From: Tubiluchus corallicola
Lineage: Eukaryota; Animalia; Priapulida
DNA: 64,000 bases
NCBI GenBank assembly: GCA_030141605.1
Contig: JAQGDQ010002388.1
Coordinates: forward strand, 62,001-126,000
Reading direction: 5' to 3'
Positions within the stretch are counted from its first letter, which is position 1. Each line of letters opens with the position of its first letter. The position numbers were made by a program, and so were the translations under genes. A model generated the notes under the pieces. It ran no database searches, had not been told where the DNA came from, and saw nothing but the letters and a program-made list of their open reading frames with translations. Positions 37,959-48,236 of the stretch are shown one piece after another.

Positions 37959-39737
37959 TTATTCCATTTTTTCCAGTTGGTCAATAAACCCTTCAATAAT
38001 GGATAACCCTTTTTTCCAAAAGAAACTGTCTGCGGCGCTTAGGCCAAACGGTTTCAGCAGTTCTGTGTGTTTCAGGGTTCCTCCTGCTTCAAGCAGGGCT
38101 ATATATTTATCCTGAAACCCTTTTTCCCCTTGTTGATAGACGTTATACAAAGAGTTGACAAGGCAATCCCCGAAGGCATAGGCATATACGTAAAAAGGCG
38201 TATGGATAAAATGAGGGATGTAGCTCCACCAGATTCTATAATCTTCATCAAAAGTGATAGCGTCTCCCAAACTTTCATATTGCACTTCCATCCAGATATT
38301 GCCGATATCTTCTTCTGAGAGTTCTATTTTCTGGCGTTTTGTATGCAATCGATGTTCGAATTCAAAGAAAGCGATCTGCCGAGCCACTGTATTCAGCATA
38401 TCCTCGACTTTTCCAGCGAGCAACCCTCGTTTTTGTATAATATCTTTTTCTTGAGAGAATATTTTTTGAAAAGTAAGCATTTCTGAAAAGACAGAGGCCG
38501 TTTCTGCGAGTGTCAGGGGTACAGGGGCTAGGAGTGGTCCTTGTTTCGCCGCCAGTTTTTGATGTATTCCATGTCCAAGCTCATGGGCCAGTGTCATGAT
38601 ATCGCGTGTTTTGCCATGCCAGTTCAGCAATATATAAGGGTGAGCGGAAGGGACTGTTCCGTGAGAGAAAGCGCCAGAACATTTTCCCAAGCGGGTTTCC
38701 GCGTCGATCCAATGGTTATCGAAAAACAGCTTTCCAATATCGCTCATGCGGGGATCGAAATTTTCAAAGGCGTCCAACACTGTTGTACTTGCCTCTTGCC
38801 ATGACCATTTTTGTTCTTTTTGAAAAGGCAAGGGAGCGTTGCGATCCCAGTAGGGTATTTTTTCTTTTCCAAGCCATTTTGCTTTGAGCGCGTAATAGCG
38901 ATGGCTAAGTGAGGGCCAATGTTCTTTTACGGTTCCTACTAATGTTTCGATAATTTCGTCTTCGATTTGGTTTGATAGGTTCATGGATGAGACGGGTGTT
39001 TTATAGCCTCTCCATTTATCTTCCATCTGTTTATCCAGTGCGAGTGTATTTGTGATAAAGACGGTAAAATGTTTTTGCTTTTTCAATTCATGGGATAATG
39101 ATTTTGCAGCGGCGTAGCGTAGATTGCCATCTTTACTCATAAGAAAATCCAGCACAGCTGCCAAAGGGAGATCTTTCTGATCCTGGACTTCAAATCGCAT
39201 AAGAGCGAATATTTCGTCAAACAGGCGCACCCATGCGTTTTCAGAAGTCAAGGATTTTTCGTGCAGTGTTTTTTCCACGTTATCAGAAAGCATATGAGGT
39301 TGGTAAAGTCGTATTTTTTCAATCCATGGCTGATAAGTTTTCACCTGTGGATCATCAAGCCATTTTTCTATTGTTTCATTAGGAAGTTTATTGATTTCCA
39401 GTGTATAGAATAATATTTTTGATGAAATACCCGTGACTGTCTCCTGGAGATATTGAAAAAAGCGAGCGATATTTTCATCCGTACCATCGCTAGCGTGCAG
39501 CAGATATCCATAACTCATGATTTTTCCAAGAATATCTTTCATATCTGCGCATAAAAGGATAGATTCTGCGAATTGCCGCGCGGAAAGAGACGATAATTCC
39601 CCTTCGTAACGCTGTGCGAATTCTGTGGCCAGTGTGTCTGCTTTTTCAATATCCTCTTTTATAGCTTCGCTTTCCATACCTGGGTAGAGATCATTTAAAT
39701 TCCAGCAAGGGATATTTTTTTCATGGTCCATGAACAT
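37959..39737 (-). CDS. pepF: Oligoendopeptidase F (M3B)
   Basis: WNLNDLY, WDRNAP, GAFSH, HELGH (HExxH), AETASVF, HFIHTPFYVYAYAFG. Confidence 0.93.
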   Translation of the reverse strand: MFMDHEKNIPCWNLNDLYPGMESEAIKEDIEKADTLATEFAQRYEGELSSLSARQFAESILLCADMKDILGKIMSYGYLLHASDGTDENIARFFQYLQETVTGISSKILFYTLEINKLPNETIEKWLDDPQVKTYQPWIEKIRLYQPHMLSDNVEKTLHEKSLTSENAWVRLFDEIFALMRFEVQDQKDLPLAAVLDFLMSKDGNLRYAAAKSLSHELKKQKHFTVFITNTLALDKQMEDKWRGYKTPVSSMNLSNQIEDEIIETLVGTVKEHWPSLSHRYYALKAKWLGKEKIPYWDRNAPLPFQKEQKWSWQEASTTVLDAFENFDPRMSDIGKLFFDNHWIDAETRLGKCSGAFSHGTVPSAHPYILLNWHGKTRDIMTLAHELGHGIHQKLAAKQGPLLAPVPLTLAETASVFSEMLTFQKIFSQEKDIIQKRGLLAGKVEDMLNTVARQIAFFEFEHRLHTKRQKIELSEEDIGNIWMEVQYESLGDAITFDEDYRIWWSYIPHFIHTPFYVYAYAFGDCLVNSLYNVYQQGEKGFQDKYIALLEAGGTLKHTELLKPFGLSAADSFFWKKGLSIIEGFIDQLEKME

Positions 39738-39846
39738 TCCTTTTTATTTTTTAGTTGAGATAGAAAAAGTGTTTTATTTACAGTTTAAACCAATCGATAT
39801 TGCTTTTATAATGACTTTTAGTGAAGCGGGCTAATAATTTAAAGCG

Positions 39847-41259
39847 TTACACCATTGTGATTCGGACGGTGTTTGTACTTCCTGCTATGCCTAAAGGAAT
39901 GCCTGCTACGATAACGATTTTATCGCCATGGGATGCGAACTGTTCTTTTTCAGCGATTGTTTTTGCCATTGCGACGATTTCAGAAAAAGAGTCAGCCATA
40001 ACAACGGGGACAGCATGTACGCCCCATGCCAGAGCCATTCTGCGTGCTGTTGACTGATTGGGCGTTAAGCCTAAGATCGAAACAGCGGGTCGTTCACGAC
40101 TTGCGCGCAAGGTTGTTTTTCCTGTTGTTGTGAAAGTTACCAGAGCGGATGCCATGACTGTTTCTGACATATTACGTGCGGCGCGACTGATTGCGTCTTC
40201 AATCGTGGCTTCAGGGAAATGTTTTGTCGCGTGAAGGACTTTTAAATAGTAGGGATCGCTTTCAACCTGAGTAATCACTCTATCCATGATGGCGACAGCC
40301 TCCACGGGATATTTTCCGACGGCGGATTCTCCGGAAAGCATCACGGCGTCTGCTCCGTCGTAGACAGCGGTTGCGACGTCAGAGGCTTCTGCTCGTGTCG
40401 GAGTAGGCGCGTTGATCATGGAATCCAGCATTTGTGTTGCGATAACGACAGGTTTTCCTGCAAGGCGGCATGCCCGGACGATTTGTTTTTGAATCGCGGG
40501 AACTTTTTCAGGAGGGACTTCCACGCCCAGATCGCCACGAGCAACCATAATGGCATCTGCCAGTTCGACGATGTCTTCAAGGCATTCAAGAGCGGCTGGT
40601 TTTTCAAGTTTAGCGATGATTCCGGCTCGCCCTTCTATGAGATTTATGGCTTCTTTGATATCAGCGCTTCTTTGCACAAAGGAGAGAGCAACCCAATCAA
40701 CACCGAGATCGAGGGCAAAGCTGAGATCTCTTCTATCTTTTTCTGTCAGGGCGGATATATCTAAGATAGCGTCAGGAACATTAACCCCTTTATGATCTGA
40801 GATTTTTCCACCTATAATGATTTTTGTCACAGCATAGTCTTTTTCGGCTTCTACAACTTCAAGTAATATTTTTCCGTCATCAATCAGCAATTTTGTACCG
40901 ACTTCAATAGCTTCAAAAATCTGAGGATGAGGAAGCTGGACACGCTGTGAATTTCCTGGTGTATCATCAAGATCCATACGAAATAATTGCCCATATTCCA
41001 GTAAGACGGATCCATTTTCAAAATTTCCGACACGCAGCTTAGGGCCTTGTAGATCAGCTAGAATTCCGATAGGGCGGTTATATTCCCGCTCGACTTCTCT
41101 GATCAATTGGACACGATTTTCTTGCTCCTTGTGTTGTGCGTGGCTGAAATTAAGGCGGAAAACATCAACACCTGCGTCAAAGAGCGCCTTTAATGATTCT
41201 TTGTTATTTGTTGCGGGTCCAACTGTTGCGATAATTTTTACTTTTCTATTTCTATACAT
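39847..41259 (-). CDS. pyk: Pyruvate kinase
   Basis: KIIATVGPA, FRLNFSH, DLQGPKLR, MVARGDLGVE, ATQMLDSM, PTRAEASDV. Confidence 0.98.
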   Translation of the reverse strand: MYRNRKVKIIATVGPATNNKESLKALFDAGVDVFRLNFSHAQHKEQENRVQLIREVEREYNRPIGILADLQGPKLRVGNFENGSVLLEYGQLFRMDLDDTPGNSQRVQLPHPQIFEAIEVGTKLLIDDGKILLEVVEAEKDYAVTKIIIGGKISDHKGVNVPDAILDISALTEKDRRDLSFALDLGVDWVALSFVQRSADIKEAINLIEGRAGIIAKLEKPAALECLEDIVELADAIMVARGDLGVEVPPEKVPAIQKQIVRACRLAGKPVVIATQMLDSMINAPTPTRAEASDVATAVYDGADAVMLSGESAVGKYPVEAVAIMDRVITQVESDPYYLKVLHATKHFPEATIEDAISRAARNMSETVMASALVTFTTTGKTTLRASRERPAVSILGLTPNQSTARRMALAWGVHAVPVVMADSFSEIVAMAKTIAEKEQFASHGDKIVIVAGIPLGIAGSTNTVRITMV

Positions 41260-41420
41260 ATTTCTACCTTACACCAAGCTTGTTTTCTTCTTAATAATTC
41301 ATGATATTTCTTTATTTAAACAGTATTCTCGTTTTACAATAGAAACACAAGTAAAACTTATTTACCATGAGGTATATTTTTAATAACATAATAACTGTAG
41401 AACAGAGTTAGGAATTATAA

Positions 41421-41984
41421 ATGTTAAAATATTTTTTTCAATTTATTGTCGTATCGTCTATTTGTTTTGCGCCCTTGTCTTCAGGATATGCTCAAAACAA
41501 GAATATAGATAAAGATGACATATTATTTCTTGATTTAGCAACAGGACGTGTAACAATACAGATGCTTCCTGATATTGCTCCTATTACTGTCGCGCGTATA
41601 AAAAGCCTTGCCAATCAAGGGTTTTATGATGGTATTGTTTTTCATCGTGTCATTGATAATTTTATGGCTCAGGGAGGAGATCCAACAGGCACAGGTCGTG
41701 GTGGTTCAGGGCAATCGATTCCAGATGAATTTTCTCAGGCTCCTTTTCAACGAGGGACTGTTGCCATGGCAAATTCGGGAGCTCCTAACAGCCAGGATTC
41801 ACAATTTTTTATCTGTTTTCAACCAGCGCCTTGGTTAACAGGAAAATATACAATATGGGGAAAGGTCATTGATGGCATGGAGCATATTGACACGATAAAA
41901 AAAGGATCGAGCCAACGCAATGGTATGGTTTCCAATCCCGACAAGATTGTTCGTATGCGGACGGCCACTGCAAACGAGTCGTAA
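41421..41984 (+). CDS. Periplasmic cyclophilin-type peptidyl-prolyl isomerase
   Basis: Signal peptide; FYDGIVFHRVIDNFMAQGGDP, AMAN, SQFFI, YTIWGKV. Confidence 0.95.
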   Translation: MLKYFFQFIVVSSICFAPLSSGYAQNKNIDKDDILFLDLATGRVTIQMLPDIAPITVARIKSLANQGFYDGIVFHRVIDNFMAQGGDPTGTGRGGSGQSIPDEFSQAPFQRGTVAMANSGAPNSQDSQFFICFQPAPWLTGKYTIWGKVIDGMEHIDTIKKGSSQRNGMVSNPDKIVRMRTATANES

Positions 41985-42004
41985 TGTTTACTAGATGCTT
42001 GATT

Positions 42005-42054
42005 GCCTCCCTGAATAAAAAAGAGGCTATGTGTTTTTTTACAGGGAGGCTTTT
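42005..42054. terminator. Terminator between convergent genes
   Basis: GCCTCCCTG (42005-42013) / CAGGGAGGC (42042-42050), inner A-run/T-run pairing, then TTTT. Confidence 0.7.
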
Positions 42055-42064
42055 GAGATATTGT

Positions 42065-44014
42065 TTAGATCGGCATACCGTTAATTGTGAGGGTATCGCC
42101 TTCTAGCATAATACGATAATAGTAGAAGCTTTCGCCATTTTCCGTTTGTAGTTCGCCGATTCCTTTAACCACTTCTAAAAAAAGTACAATATCGAGCATA
42201 TTAGAAGAAATTTCTCTTATTGATTCATCCAGCCCATAAAGTTTTATATTTATTTCTGCGACAGTTTTTTCCTCGACACTATTCGTATCAGAGTCTGTGC
42301 CCAAGAAAGGGACCCTTTTTACACTAGCTTCATACTCTCCTGAGAAAAGCGGTGTTTTCCAGTTTCCTTTAAATTGATAATCATCAATTACGTTATAAAG
42401 TGTATTTCCTTCTTCGTCCTGCATAAAGAGGACTTGCGATTCATTTTTTCCGTCAAACGGGAAGATAATTTCAAGAATCCTTTCAAATACGGATAGATCG
42501 CTTTTTTCTTTTCCTTTTATGAGAAAGTTTTTTATATTTAAAAGCCAGTTAATAGCATTTTTTTGGAAGTTGACCTGATAGGAAAATGCCTCTGTACTGA
42601 AGTCATAGTCATTTCCTTCACCGAGTAAAATAGCCGCTATAGAAAGCTGGAAGCTATCCCATGAAAAGATACTTTCAGTGCCTTCCTGAAAAATATTTTC
42701 TACATCCCCTTCTATGAAGGATCTCAGATCGAAGCTTGTGATATCCTGAAAAGTTCTTATTCCTGCTTCAGGTAAAGAAATATCCCAATTAAAAGACGCT
42801 ATTTCCGCTTTGAGATCATCATTTTTAAATAAAATGTTGTTTATATGCCACTGAGAGATCCATTTTTCATTTTCAATATTCTCAAAATCGAAGGCTATTT
42901 TATTGAACTTCAATTCTACATTGTCCTGCATTTCTCCAAAGTCATAAAAAGCAACAGAGACTTCATCGATGGTATTTTTTATTTTTACGATTGCTTTTTC
43001 CTGCTCTTGAACACTGTTGAGCTGCTCTTTTTTCTGGACATTTTCTTGGTTTTTCCAGTTGGTTATACTAACGACTTTTTTATCTCCTACTGCGGATATA
43101 TTGCCGATTGAAAAAAACATTAGCTGTTCTACTTCACTCATCAGCATGCTCAGCTCCGACAGATTGACTTTAACCTCTTTTTCCTGTGAATCTTTAAAAG
43201 AGGTTTGTATTGCATCAACAGAGCTTCTGGCTTCTAAAATGCGTTCTTCCGAAAGGCTATAGAGTGCTTCTCCATAGAGATAATTTACAAAGATGTTGAA
43301 AGGCTCCTGCAATTTGCCATTGCCATCTATAGGGATCAGCTGGATTTGGTATTCTTCATCGATTTGGCCAATAAATTTATAGTGGTCATCGCTTACTTTT
43401 TCAACAAAAGAAGTCACATCATTAAAGGAGAGAAGGTATTGTTTTGTGAACCCCTGGACATGGATCAATGTTCTGGGATATTCAACTCTAAAGAGGTTTT
43501 GTTTGTCGGGATTTTGTGAAACAAGGATTCCTAATTTTCTATCGGCTGGAATGTGGCATGCGAACATATTGGATAATTTTAATGTTTCTGTTAAGTGCAG
43601 CCAATTTTTCATGGCTTTCTTTAAAAATTTTTCTCCAAAACCAGCATCTTTCTCTTCTTCCGTGGACGGTGATACAAATTCTTCTGCTGTCATCATTAAG
43701 TTTACATCCGACCATAACGAGCGCGTGGGCAGTGATACAAATTCTTCTGCTGCTGCCATCCATTCTTTTGTGCTCTTTTCTAAGAGATTTGCGATAAAAA
43801 CTGCGTTTGGATCCTCTGCATCAAGAGCCACATAATTTAACTGAAATCCTTTAACTCCTCGTTCACAAAACTGTTCATAGTTATCAGACAAAGCATCTGC
43901 GGTAACACCATAGTTAAACAACAACAGGCTTATACAAATGGCCAAAAATTTTATCACTCTACAGTGAGAATGACCCATTTTTCTAGGTAGAGTTTTCTCC
44001 TCACTAGTACGCAT
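42065..44014 (-). CDS. Hypothetical exported protein, 649 aa, acidic
   Basis: Long open frame with GGAG SD; hydrophobic signal-like segment (FLAICISLLLFNYGVTA); no recognised catalytic motif. Confidence 0.8.
   Translation of the reverse strand: MRTSEEKTLPRKMGHSHCRVIKFLAICISLLLFNYGVTADALSDNYEQFCERGVKGFQLNYVALDAEDPNAVFIANLLEKSTKEWMAAAEEFVSLPTRSLWSDVNLMMTAEEFVSPSTEEEKDAGFGEKFLKKAMKNWLHLTETLKLSNMFACHIPADRKLGILVSQNPDKQNLFRVEYPRTLIHVQGFTKQYLLSFNDVTSFVEKVSDDHYKFIGQIDEEYQIQLIPIDGNGKLQEPFNIFVNYLYGEALYSLSEERILEARSSVDAIQTSFKDSQEKEVKVNLSELSMLMSEVEQLMFFSIGNISAVGDKKVVSITNWKNQENVQKKEQLNSVQEQEKAIVKIKNTIDEVSVAFYDFGEMQDNVELKFNKIAFDFENIENEKWISQWHINNILFKNDDLKAEIASFNWDISLPEAGIRTFQDITSFDLRSFIEGDVENIFQEGTESIFSWDSFQLSIAAILLGEGNDYDFSTEAFSYQVNFQKNAINWLLNIKNFLIKGKEKSDLSVFERILEIIFPFDGKNESQVLFMQDEEGNTLYNVIDDYQFKGNWKTPLFSGEYEASVKRVPFLGTDSDTNSVEEKTVAEINIKLYGLDESIREISSNMLDIVLFLEVVKGIGELQTENGESFYYYRIMLEGDTLTINGMPI
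43661..43752. repeat. Intragenic direct repeat, 63-bp period
   Basis: GTGATACAAATTCTTCTGCTG identical at 43669-43689 and 43732-43752 (AEEFVS twice). Confidence 0.85.
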
Positions 44015-44271
44015 GCTACTTCACTCCTTAAACTATGTTTGAATCATATCGTTTAAATCAACAATCAGATTTTATTATTTTTCAATAAAATTAATTTACC
44101 ATTAAATACTTTATGTTACACATTTTATGTGCGTATCTGTAGCTTATCCTATTTTTCGTAGAAAGTAAATTTCATCGTATTTTCAAAATAGTAACAATAT
44201 ATTATCTTTTCTCAGATAAATTTTTCATAAAAAATAAACAGATATAATTTTAGGGTGTAAATCATTTTGTC

Positions 44272-45006
44272 ATGAGAATGAAAACAAAGCTGCAAAAAAA
44301 ATATTTTCTAATTGTCTTTTTTACCATTTGTTTTTTACTTATATGGTATTTTCGCCTTGACATGTGGTTTTCTTTTGAGGGGTTGGCATCATACCATGAT
44401 AGGCTTATTCTCTGGCGGGAGCAGAATTTTTTTATTGTGCTTTTATCCTTCATGTTGATTTATATTTTTGCTGTATTTTTTTCTATTCCCGGTGCGGTTT
44501 GGCTAACGATTATCGGGGGGTTTTTATTTGGTCCGATTATTGGGACATTAGTTGTTATTATGTCCGCAACTATTGGCGCGACGTTTATTTTTATGGCGGC
44601 GCGATGGTTTTTAGCGGACTGGTGCCGTCAAAAGGCAGGAGCTTTTCTAGGAAAAATCGATCATGAGCTTATGAGGGGCGGTTTTAATTATCTTCTTTTT
44701 CTGCGTTTGATTCCTCTTTTTCCTTTTTGGCTTATTAACATTGCTGCCGCGCTTATAGGCATGAGGCTGAGAATTTATGTCACCGCGACATTTTTAGGGA
44801 TTATACCGGGGACTTTTGTTTATACGCTTGTGGGCAACGGAATAAGCGCTTTAGTTCGCCAAGGGGAAGCGCCTGATTTATCCATTATAACGCAGCCGGA
44901 GATTATTTTTCCTTTAGTAGGGCTAGGGTTTTTGGCGCTTCTTCCTATTTTTTTTCAAAAACGCGAAACCTCTTCCTCACAAGAGCGCAACGATGATTTT
45001 TCTTAG
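44272..45006 (+). CDS. TVP38/TMEM64 (DedA superfamily) membrane protein
   Basis: SIPGA, GGFLFG, ATIGAT, LRLIPLFPFWLINI, ATFLGIIPGT. Confidence 0.92.
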   Translation: MRMKTKLQKKYFLIVFFTICFLLIWYFRLDMWFSFEGLASYHDRLILWREQNFFIVLLSFMLIYIFAVFFSIPGAVWLTIIGGFLFGPIIGTLVVIMSATIGATFIFMAARWFLADWCRQKAGAFLGKIDHELMRGGFNYLLFLRLIPLFPFWLINIAAALIGMRLRIYVTATFLGIIPGTFVYTLVGNGISALVRQGEAPDLSIITQPEIIFPLVGLGFLALLPIFFQKRETSSSQERNDDFS

Positions 45007-45035
45007 AATGTAATTTGGAGTATAGAGTAGAGCTT

Positions 45036-46505
45036 ATGGTAGAAAAAATTTGCACGGATATTTGCATCATTGGAGCTGGATCTGGTGGACTAACACTAGC
45101 GGCTGGCGCCTCTCAGATGGGCGCCGAGGTTATTCTTATTGAAAAGCATAAGATGGGGGGAGATTGTTTAAATTACGGATGTGTCCCGTCAAAATCCTTA
45201 TTGGCGGCTGCTCGTGTGGCCTCTTCTCAGAGAAATTCTATTCCTTTTGGAATTCAGCCCTCTTCTTTTTCCATTGATGATTTTATGTTGTACGCTCATA
45301 TTCAAAGGAGTGTTAACGTTATTTCGCCCAATGATTCTCAAGAGCGTTTTGAAGGATTAGGGGTTCGTGTTATTCGTGGCTCTGCCTCTTTTTTGAATCC
45401 GAGGACTCTTTCTGTTAACGGGCTAGAAATCCAAGCGAAATACACTATCATAGCGACAGGATCCCATCCTTTTATTCCTTCTATCAAGGGCCTAGAAACT
45501 GTTGATTTTCTGACTAACGAGACTCTTTTTTATCGCTCAGCACTTCCTAAGCGTCTGATTGTTATTGGAGGAGGTCCGGTTGGTGTTGAGATGGCACAGG
45601 CGCATGCTCGTCTTGGTAGTTTTGTTGCTCTTTTAACAAGGGGCTCGATCCTGCCGCGCGATGATCCGGAGCTTGTTGATTTTGTTCGAAAGCGTTTGAT
45701 AAAGGATGGTGTTCGTCTTTTTGAAAACAGTATTATTTCATCTGTTTCCTCTTCTTTAGATCCTTCATCTTCTGGTTCTTCTGTAATGGTTACCTATCGC
45801 TCTGGTGTGTGTGATGAGGGATTAGAAAAGACTTTATCAGGCTCTCATCTTCTTGTCGCCGCTGGTCGCAGAGCGAGCGTTGACAGTTTAAATCTTGATG
45901 CTGCGGGTGTTTTGTACAATGAGCGGGGAATTATTGTAAATTCCCGTCTTCAGACAAGCCAGAGAGGGGTTTATGCGATTGGTGATGTTACTGGCGGCTT
46001 ACAATTTACGCATTTGGCGTCTTTTCAAGCTGGAGTTGTTTTACGTAATATTCTCTTTCGTCTTCCTGCGAAAGCGAACAAAGTAAAAGTACCTCGTGTG
46101 ACTTACACGCATCCCGAGCTAAGCCATGTTGGCTTAACGGAAGAAGAGGCTCGTCAGAAAGGGCATCGTTTTAGGGTTCTTCGCTGTTCTTACGATGAGA
46201 ATGATCGTGCCTGGACAGAAAAGTCAGAAGATGGCCTTATTAAAGTGATTGTTACGCCTGATGGGAAAATTTTGGGTGTTTCTATTGTTGGCAAGGGTGC
46301 GGGCGATCTTCTTCAGCCTTGGATTCTTGCTTTTAGCAATGGTTTAAAAATCAATGCGATGGCTTCTATGCTTGTTCCTTATCCGACATTAGGTGAAATC
46401 AACAAGCGTGTCGCCTCTTCTTTTTATATATCAAAACTTTTTAGTAAGAGGGTACGAAAAATAGTCCGTTTTTTACTTCGTTTTCCATGTATAATGCTTT
46501 TGTAG
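45036..46505 (+). CDS. Dihydrolipoyl-dehydrogenase-family FAD/NAD disulfide oxidoreductase
   Basis: IGAGSGG, GGDCLNYGCVPSK redox disulfide, ATGS, GGGPVG, AIGDV, PYPTLGE. Confidence 0.9.
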   Translation: MVEKICTDICIIGAGSGGLTLAAGASQMGAEVILIEKHKMGGDCLNYGCVPSKSLLAAARVASSQRNSIPFGIQPSSFSIDDFMLYAHIQRSVNVISPNDSQERFEGLGVRVIRGSASFLNPRTLSVNGLEIQAKYTIIATGSHPFIPSIKGLETVDFLTNETLFYRSALPKRLIVIGGGPVGVEMAQAHARLGSFVALLTRGSILPRDDPELVDFVRKRLIKDGVRLFENSIISSVSSSLDPSSSGSSVMVTYRSGVCDEGLEKTLSGSHLLVAAGRRASVDSLNLDAAGVLYNERGIIVNSRLQTSQRGVYAIGDVTGGLQFTHLASFQAGVVLRNILFRLPAKANKVKVPRVTYTHPELSHVGLTEEEARQKGHRFRVLRCSYDENDRAWTEKSEDGLIKVIVTPDGKILGVSIVGKGAGDLLQPWILAFSNGLKINAMASMLVPYPTLGEINKRVASSFYISKLFSKRVRKIVRFLLRFPCIMLL

Positions 46506-46523
46506 CAGATGATATTTTGATAA

Positions 46524-47204
46524 ATGATATGGGGGAATTTTTATTTGCGGCATCATCCGGAGATTTTTCATAGCACAAAGCGGTATGCCATTGGTCTTTT
46601 GGGCGGATCGTTTAACCCTGCGCATGGCGGCCATCTTCATCTTTCTCGTGCTGCTTTTCGTTGTTTGGATCTTCATGAGGTTTGGTGGCTTGTTTCGCCT
46701 CAAAACCCGTTAAAATCTTCAGAAGAGATGGCGCCGTTTATCTATCGATATCAATTTGCCTCTCTTTATTGTGCCTCACTGCCTTATATTCGTGTTTCTG
46801 CGATAGAGGCGTCTTTAGGTTTACGAAAAAGTTACGAGACGATCTGTTATTTGCAGAGGCGTTTTCCTGCTTATTTTTTTATCTGGATTATTGGCGCTGA
46901 TAATTTTATACAATTTTCTCGTTGGTATGCTTGGAGAAAAATTATGGCGACTATTCCTGTTGCTGTTTTTGCGAGGCCCTGTTATAACAAAGAGGCGCTT
47001 TGTTCGCGTGCGGCGAGATTTTATGCGCGCTATCGTTTTACGGGTTTAGAGAAGCGGTTTTTGGGGTTTCGAAAGCCTCCGGCATGGGGATTTTTTTCTA
47101 TTCCGACTCACCCGGCTTCATCCACGGTTATTCGCCTATCTGGCCATTATTCTTCTCAGTGGAAGGAAGCTATGTACAGTATAAAGGACACTATAGTAGA
47201 ATGA
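46524..47204 (+). CDS. nadD: Nicotinate-nucleotide adenylyltransferase
   Basis: LLGGSFNPAHGGH, WWLVSPQNPLK, WIIGADN, SSTVIR. Confidence 0.95.
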   Translation: MIWGNFYLRHHPEIFHSTKRYAIGLLGGSFNPAHGGHLHLSRAAFRCLDLHEVWWLVSPQNPLKSSEEMAPFIYRYQFASLYCASLPYIRVSAIEASLGLRKSYETICYLQRRFPAYFFIWIIGADNFIQFSRWYAWRKIMATIPVAVFARPCYNKEALCSRAARFYARYRFTGLEKRFLGFRKPPAWGFFSIPTHPASSTVIRLSGHYSSQWKEAMYSIKDTIVE

Positions 47205-47587
47205 CACATACATCTAAAAAAAAGACATTAAATGCCTTAGAGGCAAAAGCGCTTTGCCTTGATATTCTCAAGCAGCATAAAGCTGAGGATATTTGTCTTA
47301 TTGATCTTTCCGGAAAGACGAATATCGCTGATTTTATGATCATTGCCACGGGCACATCCAATCGCCATGTGGCAGCGTTAGCTGATCATATTGCTATGAG
47401 CGGCAAGCGGCAGGGTTTGTCTATTCTTTCGGTAGAAGGTTTGGAAAGGGCCGATTGGGTTCTTGTGGACACTGGTGATATTATTATTCATATTTTCCGT
47501 GCGGAGGTTCGTGAATTTTACAATCTTGAGAAGATATGGCTTTCTCATAGTGGCTCTTCCCCTACTCTTCCTGAGAAAAACGAGTAG
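47201..47587 (+). CDS. rsfS: Ribosome silencing factor
   Basis: KAEDI, ADFMIIATGTSNRHV, DWVLVDTGDIIIHIF, REFYNLEKIW; ATG overlaps the nadD stop (ATGA); the ORF-track start at 47000 is too far upstream. Confidence 0.95.
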   Translation: MTHTSKKKTLNALEAKALCLDILKQHKAEDICLIDLSGKTNIADFMIIATGTSNRHVAALADHIAMSGKRQGLSILSVEGLERADWVLVDTGDIIIHIFRAEVREFYNLEKIWLSHSGSSPTLPEKNE

Positions 47588-47607
47588 TTTTATGTGTGCG
47601 AATATTT

Positions 47608-48084
47608 ATGAAAATGGCTGAGGTTTTTTTATCTGCGATAGGTCGTTTGAAATCTGGTGTTGAGAAGACTCTTGTTGATTCTTATTGCAAGCGTCTGACC
47701 CTTTTCCCTTTGACGATTACAGAGTTGGTAGAGAAACGTTCTTTTTCTGATGAGGAACGTATTGAAAAAGAGGGGCTTCTTTTGCTCAACACGCTTAGTA
47801 GTTCGCCAGGAGGGATGGTTATTGCTTTGGATGAGCGTGGGAAGCAAATGAGCAGCCGGATGTTTGCCTCATTTTTACAGCGCCATGCTATTGATGATGC
47901 GATGAGAGTTCATTTTCTTATTGGAGGAGCGAGCGGTTTATCTTCTGTGGTCAAGGAGCGCGCTGACAGACTGGTGTCGTTTGGTGTTATGACCTGGCCT
48001 CATCTTCTTATGCGTGTTCTTTTGTGCGAACAGCTTTATCGAGCGCAATGTATCTTACGTGGTCATCCTTATCATAAGGGTTAA
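47608..48084 (+). CDS. rlmH: 23S rRNA pseudouridine-1915 N3-methyltransferase
   Basis: LDERG, FLIGGASG, SFGVMTWPH, EQLYRA, GHPYH. Confidence 0.96.
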   Translation: MKMAEVFLSAIGRLKSGVEKTLVDSYCKRLTLFPLTITELVEKRSFSDEERIEKEGLLLLNTLSSSPGGMVIALDERGKQMSSRMFASFLQRHAIDDAMRVHFLIGGASGLSSVVKERADRLVSFGVMTWPHLLMRVLLCEQLYRAQCILRGHPYHKG

Positions 48085-48236
48085 TTTTTTATACTATGAA
48101 TTTATTTTCATATTGGTAATATTTTAACAATAATACAGCATCTATAATCTATAAATGGCGTAAGAAAGATTTTCACTTTATACTATAATTGCTATTACTA
48201 TAGTATAGTTTAATTTTAAAGGGTAGTAAACAAGCG

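Noticed and set aside
45036-46505. Mercuric reductase (merA) call
   Set aside because: No C-terminal Cys-Cys pair, no N-terminal metal-binding domain and no mer genes; pairing with a TVP38/DedA gene is a common arrangement.
47000-47200. N-terminal extension of rsfS in the ORF track
   Set aside because: Overlaps nadD; RsfS similarity begins after the ATG at 47201.
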